Of a DNA stretch of 52,355 bases, positions 19,535 to 30,260 are shown piece after piece (the stretch's first letter is position 1; the number at the start of each line of letters is the position of its first letter). The position numbers were made by a program, and so were the translations under genes. Under the pieces are notes generated by a model. It worked only from the letters and a program-made list of their open reading frames with translations. It made no database searches and was not told the origin of the DNA. The stretch comes from an uncultured Polynucleobacter sp. (GTDB lineage Bacteria; Pseudomonadota; Gammaproteobacteria; Burkholderiales; Burkholderiaceae): the NCBI GenBank assembly GCA_937996825.1, contig CALKUJ010000337.1, positions 1 to 52,355 of the forward strand. Reading direction: 5' to 3'.

Positions 19535-19608
19535 AACCACAAGACATGAAGCCCGCTGAGCGCAGTTTCTCTCCCTCCCTTATTTTTGCTCAGGGGTGTC
19601 TTGTGGTT
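19535..19608 (+). ncRNA. Candidate structured RNA: long hairpin with a C/U-rich anti-SD-like loop
   Basis: Perfect 12-bp outer stem AACCACAAGACA/TGTCTTGTGGTT, inner CCC-CTGAGC/GCTCAG-GGG stem, loop containing TTTCTCTCCCTCCCTT. Confidence 0.5.
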
Positions 19609-19637
19609 TTCTTATTTAACGCCAATGAAAGAGTCTC

Positions 19638-20969
19638 ATGAAAATAGCCATCGTTGGCGCTGGCATATCAGGCCTTGGCTGTGCCTATGCCCTCAGTAAA
19701 TTAGACAATTGCGAAGTCACTCTATATGAGGGTGGCAATCACATCGGTGGTCACAGCAATACAGTTGATTTGACTCTCGACACCCCATTGGGCAAAGTGA
19801 GCCATGGCGTTGATACTGGGTTTTTAGTATTCAATCAAAGAACTTATCCAAGACTGATCCGCTTGTTCCATGAAATTGACTTAGAGATTGCAAAATCTGA
19901 TATGTCTTTTTCTGTGTCCATTCCAAAACAAAATGGCGATGTCCTAGAGTGGTCAGGCACTAGCATTGATTCATTATTTGCCCAAAGAAAAAATATCTTC
20001 AGCCCTTCGTTTTTACGCATGGCGAAAGACATCATTCGATTCAATCGAATTTGTACAAAATTGGCAGCAGATAAACAATTGGATGAAATTGATCTGACTG
20101 TTGGCGAATTCCTCAAAAAGCATGGCTTCAGCCAGCAATTTCAAGATTGGTATTTCTTACCGATGGTTGGTGCTATTTGGTCTTGTCCAGTTTCACAAAT
20201 GCTGGCATTTCCAATTGCCACCATGATCAGATTTTGCTTCAACCACGGATTGATTCAAATTGCTGATAGACCTCAATGGTTGACGGTCAAAGGTGGTTCA
20301 AGAGAGTATGTCAAAAAGTTATGTGCTCACATTGAACATAATGGCGGCTCATTTATTCGAGAGCAGGTGAGCTCTGTTTCTAGAAATGCAAATCAAGTCA
20401 ACATCAGCACTGCTCATGGCACCATCAGTTATGACCATGTGGTCATGGCTTGTCATAGCGATCAAGCACTTCAAGCTTTGGCTGACCCTAGCAATGAAGA
20501 AAATAATATTCTTGGCTCTGTTAAGTATCAAGATAACCGCGCCGTTTTACACACGGACAGTTCTTTATTGCCAAAAGAGAAAAAATGTTGGGCTGCCTGG
20601 AATTATGCAAGCACCAGAAGTGAAAATCTTCAAGATCAAGAAGTTTGCGTTAACTACCTGATTAATCAACTACAACCATTGCCCGAAAGTTGGAACAATC
20701 AACCAGTGATCGTCAGCTTAAATCCTGTGATTGAACCCAAAGCAGACACCATTCATGCAGACATACAGTATGCGCACCCTGTGTTTGATCAAGCAGCCAT
20801 CCTTGCTCAGCAAAATTTATCATTGATACAGGGCCTCAACAACACATGGTACTGTGGTGCCTGGACTGGTTATGGCTTCCATGAAGATGGCCTGCGTTCA
20901 GGTGAACTTGTGGCTGAAGCAATCCAAGAAATTTTAAGATCCCCTAGAAACACACCCATATCAGCATGA
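19638..20969 (+). CDS. FAD-dependent oxidoreductase (COG2907-like; UfaD-type fatty-acid desaturase candidate)
   Basis: GAGISG, GGHSNT, VDTGFLVFN..TYP and CGAWTGYGFHEDG motifs; upstream of DUF1365 and a cfa-like gene. Confidence 0.88.
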   Translation: MKIAIVGAGISGLGCAYALSKLDNCEVTLYEGGNHIGGHSNTVDLTLDTPLGKVSHGVDTGFLVFNQRTYPRLIRLFHEIDLEIAKSDMSFSVSIPKQNGDVLEWSGTSIDSLFAQRKNIFSPSFLRMAKDIIRFNRICTKLAADKQLDEIDLTVGEFLKKHGFSQQFQDWYFLPMVGAIWSCPVSQMLAFPIATMIRFCFNHGLIQIADRPQWLTVKGGSREYVKKLCAHIEHNGGSFIREQVSSVSRNANQVNISTAHGTISYDHVVMACHSDQALQALADPSNEENNILGSVKYQDNRAVLHTDSSLLPKEKKCWAAWNYASTRSENLQDQEVCVNYLINQLQPLPESWNNQPVIVSLNPVIEPKADTIHADIQYAHPVFDQAAILAQQNLSLIQGLNNTWYCGAWTGYGFHEDGLRSGELVAEAIQEILRSPRNTPISA

Positions 20970-21739
20970 GTATTGCAAAAATTTGTTTTGGCGAAGTTCG
21001 ACATGCTCGCTTAAAGCCAGCAATCAATAAGTTTGCATACTCTGTATTTACTTTGCGCATACCAATGCGCCAAAGAAAAACCCATCCCAAAGGAATCTCT
21101 CAAATTGGCTTGGGGGATAACAAACTTTCTTGGCTAACGTTCTACGACAAAGACCATGGCAGAGGCGAAAGCGACTCGCTTGAGTGGGCTCTCAACCTTG
21201 TCAAACAAGAGGGCATCACTGATATTGATGGGGAAGTTTGGTTGCAAACTTTTCCAAGGGTTTTAGGCTATGTATTTAATCCAGTGAGCTTTTGGTTTTT
21301 TGAAAATCGCTCAGGAAATTTAAGAGCCATCTTGGCTGAGGTCAATAACACCTTTGACGAGAGACACTGCTACCTTTTGAGCAACCCAAACGGAGAACAC
21401 CTTCAATGGGGTCAAAGCTTTTTATCCAATAAGGTTTTTCATGTATCACCCTTTTGCGAAGTTAAGGGCGAATACCAATTCAGATTTTTATCAAAACCTG
21501 GATCGGGCCAACACGTTGCAAGGATTGAATATCATCATCAAGGACCTCTTTTAATCACCAGCATCAATGGAATTGAACAAGATATTGATTTAAAAAGTAT
21601 CATTTGGTCTGCGGTCAGATACCCAGCAATGAGCATCGGAGTGATTGTCAGAATTCATTGGCAAGCTTTACGTTTATGGCTAAAAGGTGTCCAATTTCAT
21701 AGCAAGCCAACACCACCTTCTACGGAAGTGAGTAAATGA
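20966..21739 (+). CDS. DUF1365 protein (UfaO-like)
   Basis: VRHAR, PRVLGYVFNPVSFW, AEVNNTF, KVFHVSPF and IHWQALRLWLKG motifs. Confidence 0.9.
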   Translation: MSIAKICFGEVRHARLKPAINKFAYSVFTLRIPMRQRKTHPKGISQIGLGDNKLSWLTFYDKDHGRGESDSLEWALNLVKQEGITDIDGEVWLQTFPRVLGYVFNPVSFWFFENRSGNLRAILAEVNNTFDERHCYLLSNPNGEHLQWGQSFLSNKVFHVSPFCEVKGEYQFRFLSKPGSGQHVARIEYHHQGPLLITSINGIEQDIDLKSIIWSAVRYPAMSIGVIVRIHWQALRLWLKGVQFHSKPTPPSTEVSK

Positions 21740-22968
21740 GTTCAAATACCAATACCTATGATGGTTTCTTGCCAAGTTTGCCTTGGCATGCCAAGGCCGT
21801 TCTTTCACTTTTGAAGAATATCCAGGTTGGTCAACTGCAAGTCATCAGCCCTGAAGGGCAGTGCCTCACCTTTAAAGGCGCTCATGCAGGCATCGATGCA
21901 ACTATTCAAATTCATGACTGGGAAGTTTGTAGAGCGTGCTTAAAGTCTGGTGACATTGGTTTTGCAGAAAGTTACATCAAAGGGCATTGTGATTCACCTG
22001 ATCTTTTAGCTCTTCTTAGATTGCTTTTGGCTAACAGACAGGAAATTGAGACCATCATTTATGGCAATTGGTGGGGTCGCTTAGGTTATCGCATCAAGCA
22101 TTGGTTTAATAAAAATACCAAAGCTGGTAGCAAAAAAAATATTCACGCACACTATGACATCGGTAATGCGTTTTACTCTCTTTGGTTAGACCCCAGCATG
22201 ACCTATTCGAGCGCTTGCTTCGAAAGCAAAGATACGCCTTTGGTCGAAGCACAAATTGCCAAGTATCAAAAAATCATTGAATCACTCACTGTAGCGCGTG
22301 GTGAAAAAATTCTTGAGGTTGGCTGTGGTTGGGGCGGCCTCATGGAACAAGCTTGCCTCGCAGGAATTGATATTGACTGCTTGACCATCTCTGAAGAGCA
22401 AGCCAAGTATGCGCGCGAGCGCGGCGAAAGAATTCAAGCAAATGCTTCAGGTCGTCAGCAAATCTTGTTACAAGACTATCGCGATCATCAAGAGCAGTAC
22501 GATGGCATAGCCTCTATTGAAATGTTTGAGGCAGTTGGCGAAAGTTATTGGCCAAGTTATTTTGAAATGATCAAGCGATGCTTAAAGCCTGGCAAAAAAG
22601 CTTGTATTCAAACAATTGTGATTGCCGACGACTTATTTGAAAAGTATCGGAATAGCTCTGACTTTATTCAACAATACGTTTTCCCTGGCGGTATGTTGCC
22701 TTCAGAGGAAAAGTTCAAAGAGGCCGCTGCCAAGCAAGGTCTTGTGACTGAAAGCGTTTATCGATTTGGCCAGGACTATCAAAAAACTTTGGTTTTATGG
22801 CATGAAAAGTTTAACCAACAACTGGAAGCAATCAAAGCCCAAGGCTTTGATCAAAAGTTCATCCGCTTATGGAACCTCTATTTGATGTACTGTGCTGCAG
22901 GATTTGCGGATAAGAGCACCGATGTCATTCAATTCACCCTAAGAAAGCCCGAGACAAATGGCGCTTAA
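21736..22968 (+). CDS. Cyclopropane-fatty-acyl-phospholipid synthase family SAM methyltransferase (UfaM/Cfa-like)
   Basis: NIHAHYDIGNAFY.LWLDPSMTYS, LEVGCGWG, SIEMFEAVG and FIQQYVFPGG motifs. Confidence 0.92.
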   Translation: MSSNTNTYDGFLPSLPWHAKAVLSLLKNIQVGQLQVISPEGQCLTFKGAHAGIDATIQIHDWEVCRACLKSGDIGFAESYIKGHCDSPDLLALLRLLLANRQEIETIIYGNWWGRLGYRIKHWFNKNTKAGSKKNIHAHYDIGNAFYSLWLDPSMTYSSACFESKDTPLVEAQIAKYQKIIESLTVARGEKILEVGCGWGGLMEQACLAGIDIDCLTISEEQAKYARERGERIQANASGRQQILLQDYRDHQEQYDGIASIEMFEAVGESYWPSYFEMIKRCLKPGKKACIQTIVIADDLFEKYRNSSDFIQQYVFPGGMLPSEEKFKEAAAKQGLVTESVYRFGQDYQKTLVLWHEKFNQQLEAIKAQGFDQKFIRLWNLYLMYCAAGFADKSTDVIQFTLRKPETNGA

Positions 22969-23737
22969 TCAGCGAGTGATTAGCTTTTACAACAAAAGAA
23001 TCTGGATCATTGGTGCATCCAGCGGTATTGGTGAGGCTTGCGCTCAGACCTTTTTAAGTCATGGCGCTAAAGTTGCGCTCAGCGCACGTCGCGTTGATAA
23101 GCTCAAAGCCATTCAAAATAAATGGCCTGCTGATCAAACCCTTTGCTTGCCTGCTAATGCACAAAGTCATGATGAATTAAGCTCTGCTTACCAATCAATC
23201 AAGCAAACATGGGGCGGCATTGATTTGCTCCTGTACGTTTCAGGCATTTATGAACCCATGCGCGCTGACAACTTTGACTTGCCCAAAGCCACGGACATCG
23301 TCAACACCAATATCATTGGTGCCATGAGTGCTTGCTCAATCACTTTGCCTGATTTAATTCAACAACAATCTGGTGGCATTGCCATCGTGAGCAGTGTTGC
23401 TGGATACAGTGGCTTGCCACAATCCCTTGCCTATGGTCCTAGTAAGGCAGCCATGATTAATTTTTGCGAAAGTCTTTATTACGACCTAAAACCAAAAAAC
23501 GTGGCTGTTTATATGATCAACCCAGGTTTTGTAGCAACTGAAGCAACAGCTAAAAATGACTTTGAAATGCCAGCTTTGATCACATCTCAGGAAGCGGCCA
23601 CTGAAATTCTTGATGGCATTCAAGCGGGTGAGTTTGATATTCACTTTCCAAAAAGATTTTCATTCTTCTTGAAATTCTTGCGACTACTGCCTTACTCAGT
23701 TTATTTCTTCCTTATCAAAAAATTCATCAAGATTTAA
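22958..23737 (+). CDS. SDR-family oxidoreductase
   Basis: GASSGIG, SSVAG and YGPSK motifs. Confidence 0.92.
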   Translation: MALNQRVISFYNKRIWIIGASSGIGEACAQTFLSHGAKVALSARRVDKLKAIQNKWPADQTLCLPANAQSHDELSSAYQSIKQTWGGIDLLLYVSGIYEPMRADNFDLPKATDIVNTNIIGAMSACSITLPDLIQQQSGGIAIVSSVAGYSGLPQSLAYGPSKAAMINFCESLYYDLKPKNVAVYMINPGFVATEATAKNDFEMPALITSQEAATEILDGIQAGEFDIHFPKRFSFFLKFLRLLPYSVYFFLIKKFIKI

Positions 23738-24166
23738 ATGACAAGTCAGCATATTCAACGGGTGATTGATGAGTTTGAAAAGCTATCGCCTAACTCAATT
23801 GACACCTTGGTAGCGCTCTACTCTGAAGATGCTTTCTTCAAAGATCCATTCAATGAAGTCAAAGGACATGCAGGCATTAGACATATTTTTACCCACATGT
23901 TCACACAAGTGAACAATCCCAGATTTGTGATTAAAAATACCCTTGATAATGGATCTCATGCTTGCTTAATTTGGGAGTTCATCTTCCAACTTAAGAAGTC
24001 ACCCAACATCGACCAAGTCATCAAAGGCTGCACCTGGATGACCTTCAATGAAAAATTCCTCATCACAGAACACCGCGACTACTGGGATGCTGCTGAAGAG
24101 CTTTACGAAAAAATTCCAGTGCTGGGTGGATTGATGCGCTGGATAAAGAAAAAGGCCCGCGAGTAG
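23738..24166 (+). CDS. SnoaL/NTF2-like protein
   Basis: Y..DA.FKDPFNEV.G and HRDYWD...ELYE motifs. Confidence 0.88.
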   Translation: MTSQHIQRVIDEFEKLSPNSIDTLVALYSEDAFFKDPFNEVKGHAGIRHIFTHMFTQVNNPRFVIKNTLDNGSHACLIWEFIFQLKKSPNIDQVIKGCTWMTFNEKFLITEHRDYWDAAEELYEKIPVLGGLMRWIKKKARE

Positions 24167-24176
24167 GAAGCGGGCC
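24149..24176 (-). terminator. Intrinsic terminator for argS-SPOR-dsbA, overlapping the 3' end of the SnoaL gene
   Basis: GGCCCGC/GCGGGCC stem followed by U5 on the minus strand. Confidence 0.65.
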
Positions 24177-24202
24177 CAATCATTACTTAAACTTAATCAG
24201 TT

Positions 24203-24859
24203 TTATTTCTTTTCTTTTCTAGCTTTATTCACCAAAAAGTCCATTGTTTGAATCGCTCTGGCTTTTGAGCCACCTGCGATAGATGGTGAAGTCAAATACT
24301 TACCTTGAACGGCAACTGTTGGCACACCATCGATTCTGTAAGTCTGAGCAATCTGATTCGCTGATCTTGCTTTTGAAATCACTGTGAAAGATTTAAAAGC
24401 TTTCAAAAAAGTTTGACGATCAATTCCTTGACTCGCTACCCAGTCTGCTATCTCAGCTTCAGCAAGTAGCTTTCTCTTATTAACATGCATTGCCACCATG
24501 ACCTTGGCATGCAAATCATTTCTTCCTAAGCTATCCAAGGCATAAAATAACTGGCTGTGTGGCAATAGTTCATCTCTGAATGCAACAGGTACTTTCTTGA
24601 CCACAACATCCTTACCCTGTTTAGCAATCCATGCACTCAACTCTGGCTCAAAGTCATGGCAATGAGGGCAGCCGTACCAAAAAAATTCTAGAACTTCAAT
24701 CTTGTCCTTAGATTCAGTTGCTTGAGCAACCGGCATCACACGATAGTCAAAGCCCTCTTCAATAGGTCTTGCTTGAGACAGCGCAAAATTAGAAAACCCA
24801 AAACAAATCAGCCCCAAGAAAATATTTCTAATGAGTGTGAATAAATTGATGTTTTTCAT
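24203..24859 (-). CDS. dsbA: Thiol:disulfide interchange protein DsbA
   Basis: Signal peptide; EFFWYGCPHC and GVP cis-Pro motifs. Confidence 0.95.
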   Translation of the reverse strand: MKNINLFTLIRNIFLGLICFGFSNFALSQARPIEEGFDYRVMPVAQATESKDKIEVLEFFWYGCPHCHDFEPELSAWIAKQGKDVVVKKVPVAFRDELLPHSQLFYALDSLGRNDLHAKVMVAMHVNKRKLLAEAEIADWVASQGIDRQTFLKAFKSFTVISKARSANQIAQTYRIDGVPTVAVQGKYLTSPSIAGGSKARAIQTMDFLVNKARKEKK

Positions 24860-24866
24860 ATGTGGA

Positions 24867-25433
24867 TTAATTTGATTTGTTGATGCGAATGATTGTAGAA
24901 GGAATACCGGCGCTTTGCAGTCTGGCTCTTGTTTGAGTCACTTCGCCTTGACCGGCAAACGGACCAACACGCACACGCCATAGAGTTGCGCCATCCAACT
25001 CTCTTTCAGAGATAAGGGCCTCTAAACCTTGCATTGCAAGCATGGCTTTCTGACGCTGCGCCTCTTCTTGAACTTTATAAGCACCTGTCTGTAACCAATA
25101 TTCTGGTCCTTGGGTTGTCGCAGCAATTGAAGCAATTGGATCTTTTGGAGCGATTTCACTTGGCAGTGGCACCTTACTCTGTAAAGGCTTATTCAAATTA
25201 GGTTTATCTTCAACCTGAATTTCACCTTCTTCGATTGCTTCAACTGGTTTTGATTTGCTCACAGCATCCGGAGCTCTGAGATTTAATTTTGGTTCTGGGG
25301 CTCCTTTGCTTAACATGATGGCAACACCAACAGCGATTGCCAAACCGAGCAATAAACCGAGCACAAAACCCATCAATGTTCCACCTGATGAGCCGGTCTC
25401 TAAAGACACCTGTTGATTATTATCTTTCATCAC
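24867..25433 (-). CDS. SPOR-domain cell division protein (FtsN-like)
   Basis: N-terminal transmembrane segment; LQTGAY and WRVRVGPF motifs; argS-SPOR-dsbA synteny. Confidence 0.88.
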   Translation of the reverse strand: MMKDNNQQVSLETGSSGGTLMGFVLGLLLGLAIAVGVAIMLSKGAPEPKLNLRAPDAVSKSKPVEAIEEGEIQVEDKPNLNKPLQSKVPLPSEIAPKDPIASIAATTQGPEYWLQTGAYKVQEEAQRQKAMLAMQGLEALISERELDGATLWRVRVGPFAGQGEVTQTRARLQSAGIPSTIIRINKSN

Positions 25434-25442
25434 ATTAACTCC

Positions 25443-27203
25443 TTACATTTTCTCGGGTGCGGATACACCCAAAATAGCCAATCCATTGGCAATGACTTGC
25501 TTGGTCGCCAAGAGCAAAGCCAAACGTGCCAAGCGAATATCTTCCTCATCCACCAATACTCTATCTGCATTGTAAAAAGTATGGAAATCGCTGGCTAAAT
25601 CTCTTAAGTAAAACGCCAACGAGTGAGGTGTCATATCCTTTGCAGCCTCAGCTAATACGTCGGAATACTCTGACAAACGGGTCAAAAGCATATTTGATGC
25701 CTGGCTATCTAAAGCTTGCAGAGAAGCTGACTTCAAACCATTCTCATCCCCTGCCCATTGCCTCAAAATTGAACAAATTCTGGCGTGTGCATATTGCACA
25801 TAAAAAACAGGGTTTTCATCATTTTGTTTCAGTGCCAAATCAACATCAAAAACAAATTCAGTATCTGCTTTACGAGATATCAAGAAGAATCGAACAGCAT
25901 CCCTGCCTCGACGAATCGCATCTTGGCGTTCAGCATCGTTCATGTCAGGGGTAACACCACCTGACCATTCGATCAAATCTCTCACTGTCACATAAGATCC
26001 AGCACGCTTAGAAATCTTGACCTCTTCGCCACCCTTCATCACAGTGACCATTTTATGCAATACATACTGCGGATAATCTTTTGGAATATCCCAAGAGCGC
26101 TTCTGAGCCACACCTTGAATACCCGAACGCACACGTGCAATAGTGCCGTGGTGATCACTGCCCTGAATATTGATCACGTGAGTAAAGCCTCGCGACCATT
26201 TGCTGGCATGGTAAGCAACGTCTGGAACAAAGTATGTGTAGCTGCCATCTGATTTTTTCATGACGCGATCTTTGTCATCGCCATCATCAGTGGTTCGTAA
26301 CCAAAGAGCACCCTCAGCTTCATAGCTCTTACCAACAGCCGCCAAATCAGACACCACAGACGCCACACTGCCATCGCTGTACAACGATGACTCTAGGTAA
26401 TAGCAATCAAATTGAACGCCAAAAGAATTCAGATCTATGTCTTGTTCTTTGCGTAGATACGCGACAGCAAACTGTCGAATAGATTCAATGTTATTAATGT
26501 CCCCATCCGCATGCACCGGTTGACCATCTGCAGCAGCGACTGTCGCTTTAGCCAAATAGTCTTTCGCAATATCAGCAATATATTCGCCGTTATAAGCAGC
26601 CTCTGGCCAATCCTTATCACCAGGATTCAAACCTTTTGCTCTGGCCTGAACAGATATCGCCAAGTTCTGTATCTGCACACCAGCATCGTTGTAATAGAAC
26701 TCTTTATGAACTGACCAGCCCTGAGTTTTTAAAATATTTGATAAAGCATCACCCAGCGCTGCTTGGCGACCATGACCCACATGCAGAGGGCCCGTTGGAT
26801 TTGCAGATACAAACTCAACTAAAACTTTTTTACCTAATTCTGCTTGCTGACCATAACAATTGCCATCAGCAAATACTTTTCCAATCACTTGCAAACGGGC
26901 TTTTTGGGTCAAACGCAAGTTGATAAATCCTGGACCAGCAATTTCAGCACTCGAAACTAATTCTTTAGCATCTGCCTGAGCCAACAATTTCTCTACAAAC
27001 ACTTGAGCCAATTCTCTTGGATTAGCTTTCCATGCTTTTGATAACTGCATGGCAATATTGGTCGCCAAATCACCATGCTCTGCAACCTTTGGGCGCTCCA
27101 CATGAGGCTCTGGCAATGAACCCTGAATACCTCGCTCTTTAGCTATCTCAGCTAAAGCGGCTTGCATTAATGAAATAATTTGTTTTTTAATGACTGGTAG
27201 CAT
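25443..27203 (-). CDS. argS: Arginine-tRNA ligase
   Basis: [29 protein letters not shown] and YVQYAHAR motifs; APEKM terminus. Confidence 0.98.
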   Translation of the reverse strand: MLPVIKKQIISLMQAALAEIAKERGIQGSLPEPHVERPKVAEHGDLATNIAMQLSKAWKANPRELAQVFVEKLLAQADAKELVSSAEIAGPGFINLRLTQKARLQVIGKVFADGNCYGQQAELGKKVLVEFVSANPTGPLHVGHGRQAALGDALSNILKTQGWSVHKEFYYNDAGVQIQNLAISVQARAKGLNPGDKDWPEAAYNGEYIADIAKDYLAKATVAAADGQPVHADGDINNIESIRQFAVAYLRKEQDIDLNSFGVQFDCYYLESSLYSDGSVASVVSDLAAVGKSYEAEGALWLRTTDDGDDKDRVMKKSDGSYTYFVPDVAYHASKWSRGFTHVINIQGSDHHGTIARVRSGIQGVAQKRSWDIPKDYPQYVLHKMVTVMKGGEEVKISKRAGSYVTVRDLIEWSGGVTPDMNDAERQDAIRRGRDAVRFFLISRKADTEFVFDVDLALKQNDENPVFYVQYAHARICSILRQWAGDENGLKSASLQALDSQASNMLLTRLSEYSDVLAEAAKDMTPHSLAFYLRDLASDFHTFYNADRVLVDEEDIRLARLALLLATKQVIANGLAILGVSAPEKM

Positions 27204-27247
27204 AGAAGTTCAGTTTATCAGTTAACTTTTAGTGTTAATCTTTGCTT

Positions 27248-27577
27248 ATGTTATATAAGTTTCAATGTAAAAAATCTGCCGACGTTTTGATGTTGGAAGA
27301 TCTGACATCAAAAATATTTGCCATCATTGGTAGGCCCTTAGAACCAAGAGGCATCTTTTTATTAGAGCAGCTACCAATCGCTATTTCTAAATTAGAAGCA
27401 GCTGTGGCAGAAGACCTTGAACGCAAAAAAGATGCCGCTGAAAATACACCCTCAGAATCTTCTGAAGAATCTGCCCATAACATCAACCATGATCGCTTAG
27501 GGCAAAGAGCATATCCATTCATAAGCTTACTCAAAGAGGCTTTGCTTAAGAAAGAGATGGTATTTTGGGGCGTTTAA
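27248..27577 (+). CDS. DUF1840 family protein
   Basis: F...[16 protein letters not shown] and terminal WGV; start set at ATG 27248 (TGnTAATCT-N6-ATG). Confidence 0.8.
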   Translation: MLYKFQCKKSADVLMLEDLTSKIFAIIGRPLEPRGIFLLEQLPIAISKLEAAVAEDLERKKDAAENTPSESSEESAHNINHDRLGQRAYPFISLLKEALLKKEMVFWGV

Positions 27578-30260
27578 CAAAGTCCTCTTGCTGATCCTCG
27601 CCAATGCGACCCACATCAAAATACTGCGCTTGAGGGTTTGCTAAATAGAAACCACTGACGCTAGACGATGGCGTCATGGCCATTGACTCAGTCAAAGCCA
27701 TATCAATCTCATCAGCCTTTAAGCACTCAAACATGTCCTTTTTAACCAAATGGTCTGGGCATGCTGGGTAACCGGGTGCAGGGCGAATGCCTTGATACTT
27801 CTCCTGAATCAAGTCTTCATTGCTCAAACGCTCATCACTCACATAGCCCCAAAGTTCAGTTCTAACTCTTTGATGCATTTTTTCTGCAAAAGCTTCTGCA
27901 AAACGATCTGCCAAAGCTTTAAGCATGATTGAGCTATAGTCATCATGCTTATCTTCAAACTCTTTGAGTTTCTTTTCAATCGCATGTCCTGCGGTGACCG
28001 CAAACATACCAACATAATCAGAAACACCGGATTCCTTAGGCGCAACAAAGTCAGCCAAGCAACGGTTTGGCTTTTTGACACCATCCACCACTGGTCGATC
28101 ACTTTGCTGACGGTAGTTTTTCCACGTCAGCAAAACATCTTGGCGTGATTCATCAGCGTAGATTTCAATGTCATCACCCACACTATTGGCTGGGTATAAG
28201 CCAATCACAGCATGAGCTTGCAACCAACGTCCTTGAATAATTTTTTGCAACATGACCTGAGCATCAGCAAACACCTTCTGCGCTGACTCTCCAACCACTT
28301 CGTCTTTTAATATCTGTGGATATTTTCCTGCCAAGTCCCAAGTCTGAAAGAATGGCGTCCAATCAATGCACTGAGCAATATCAGCCAAGTCGTAATTCTT
28401 GAAAACACGGCGCCCGATAAACTTGGGCTTGGTGATTGTTTGTTTACTCCAGTCGATGATTTCTTTATTGGCTCTGGCCTCTTCAATGCTGATGATAGGC
28501 GTTTGTTTTTTATTGGCATGCTGTACCCGAATTCTCTCGTAGTCTGCTTGCAACTCATCAATGTATTTATCAGCACCCTCTTCTGACAACAGGCTAGATG
28601 CAACAGAAACAGCCCTAGAGGCATCTGGCACATAAACAACTGGACCTTCATAATGCGGTGCAATTTTGACTGCAGTATGAACTCGTGATGTTGTTGCACC
28701 ACCAATCATCAAAGGCATTTTTTTAGATCTGAAATAATCATCACGCTGCATCTCTTGGGCAACGTAGGCCATCTCTTCCAGTGATGGCGTGATCAAGCCT
28801 GACAATCCAATCAAATCGGCTTTTTCTTCCTTAGCCTTTTGAAGAATTTCATTACAAGGCACCATCACACCCATGTTCACAACATCAAAGTTATTACACT
28901 GAAGCACCACGGTCACAATATTTTTACCAATATCGTGAACGTCGCCCTTAACGGTTGCCATGATGATTTTTCCGCGAGAACGAACATCTCCACCGCTCTC
29001 AAGAATTTGGCGTTTTTCTTCTTCAATGTATGGAATCAAATGAGCAACGGCTTGCTTCATCACTCGAGCACTTTTCACTACCTGAGGTAGGAACATCTTT
29101 CCGGCACCGAACAAATCACCGACCACATTCATACCGTCCATCAGAGGTCCTTCAATGACCTCAATCGGGCGGCCACCCGCTGCGGATATCTCAAGGCGCA
29201 TCTCTTCAGTGTCTTCAACAATGTGAGAAGTCACGCCATGCACCAGCGCATGAGTTAAGCGCTCTCTAACAGAGCCCTCGCGCCAAGCCAAAGTTTCTTC
29301 TGCACGTGCGCCTCCACCTTTGTATTCGTCTGCGATTTCAAGCAAACGTTCTGTAGGAGTCTTGCCATCTTTTTCAGCAAAGCGGTTTAAAACAACATCC
29401 TCAACACGCTCTTTTAATTTTTCATCTAAATCAGCATAAACACCCAACTGACCGGCGTTCACAATGCCCATATCTAAACCAGCACGTATTGCGTGATACA
29501 AAAATACTGTGTGAATGGCTTCACGAACAACATCGTTACCTCTGAACGAAAAGCTCACATTTGAAACACCGCCACTCACTTTTGCGCCAGGCAAATTAGC
29601 TTTGATCCAAGCCGTTGCCTGAATAAAGTCATTGGCATAGTTGTCATGCTCATCAATACCAGTGGCAATCGCAAAAATATTCGGATCAAAAATAATGTCT
29701 TCTGGCGGGAAGTCCAGCTCATCAACCAAAATCTTGTAGCTTCTTTGGCAGATTTCAATTTTTCGTTGATACGTATCAGCCTGACCTTTTTCGTCAAAAG
29801 CCATAACGACGGTAGCTGCACCATAGCGACGAATCAATTTGGCTTGTTGTCTGAATGAGTCTTCGCCCTCTTTCATGGAAATCGAGTTGACGATGGCTTT
29901 ACCCTGAACACATTGCAATCCCGCCTCAATGACTGACCATTTTGACGAGTCAATCATGATAGGAACTCTTGAGATATCCGGCTCTGAAGCAATCAAATTC
30001 AAAAAGCGCACCATCGCCGCTTTTGAATCTAACATCGCCTCATCCATGTTGATGTCGATGATCTGAGCACCATTCTCAACTTGCTGTCTTGCTACTGATA
30101 AAGCTTCATCGTATTGCTCATTCAAAATCATTCTTGCAAACGCTTTTGAACCCGTGACGTTGGTTCTTTCACCAACGTTCACAAAACCCACATGCGGACT
30201 AATATTGCACGGCTCTAAACCGGATAGCTTCATTGGAGGAATCTGTTTTGTTGCTGACAT
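27546..30260 (-). CDS. metH: B12-dependent methionine synthase: pterin-binding, cobalamin-binding and activation domains
   Basis: [26 protein letters not shown] and [12 protein letters not shown] motifs; ATG 30260 in a TGATG overlap preceded by AAGGAG. Confidence 0.95.
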   Translation of the reverse strand: MSATKQIPPMKLSGLEPCNISPHVGFVNVGERTNVTGSKAFARMILNEQYDEALSVARQQVENGAQIIDINMDEAMLDSKAAMVRFLNLIASEPDISRVPIMIDSSKWSVIEAGLQCVQGKAIVNSISMKEGEDSFRQQAKLIRRYGAATVVMAFDEKGQADTYQRKIEICQRSYKILVDELDFPPEDIIFDPNIFAIATGIDEHDNYANDFIQATAWIKANLPGAKVSGGVSNVSFSFRGNDVVREAIHTVFLYHAIRAGLDMGIVNAGQLGVYADLDEKLKERVEDVVLNRFAEKDGKTPTERLLEIADEYKGGGARAEETLAWREGSVRERLTHALVHGVTSHIVEDTEEMRLEISAAGGRPIEVIEGPLMDGMNVVGDLFGAGKMFLPQVVKSARVMKQAVAHLIPYIEEEKRQILESGGDVRSRGKIIMATVKGDVHDIGKNIVTVVLQCNNFDVVNMGVMVPCNEILQKAKEEKADLIGLSGLITPSLEEMAYVAQEMQRDDYFRSKKMPLMIGGATTSRVHTAVKIAPHYEGPVVYVPDASRAVSVASSLLSEEGADKYIDELQADYERIRVQHANKKQTPIISIEEARANKEIIDWSKQTITKPKFIGRRVFKNYDLADIAQCIDWTPFFQTWDLAGKYPQILKDEVVGESAQKVFADAQVMLQKIIQGRWLQAHAVIGLYPANSVGDDIEIYADESRQDVLLTWKNYRQQSDRPVVDGVKKPNRCLADFVAPKESGVSDYVGMFAVTAGHAIEKKLKEFEDKHDDYSSIMLKALADRFAEAFAEKMHQRVRTELWGYVSDERLSNEDLIQEKYQGIRPAPGYPACPDHLVKKDMFECLKADEIDMALTESMAMTPSSSVSGFYLANPQAQYFDVGRIGEDQQEDFVKRPKIPSLS

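Noticed and set aside
15404-24166. Mobile genomic island
   Set aside because: No integrase, transposase, tRNA or flanking direct repeats are visible, and I see no evident compositional shift.
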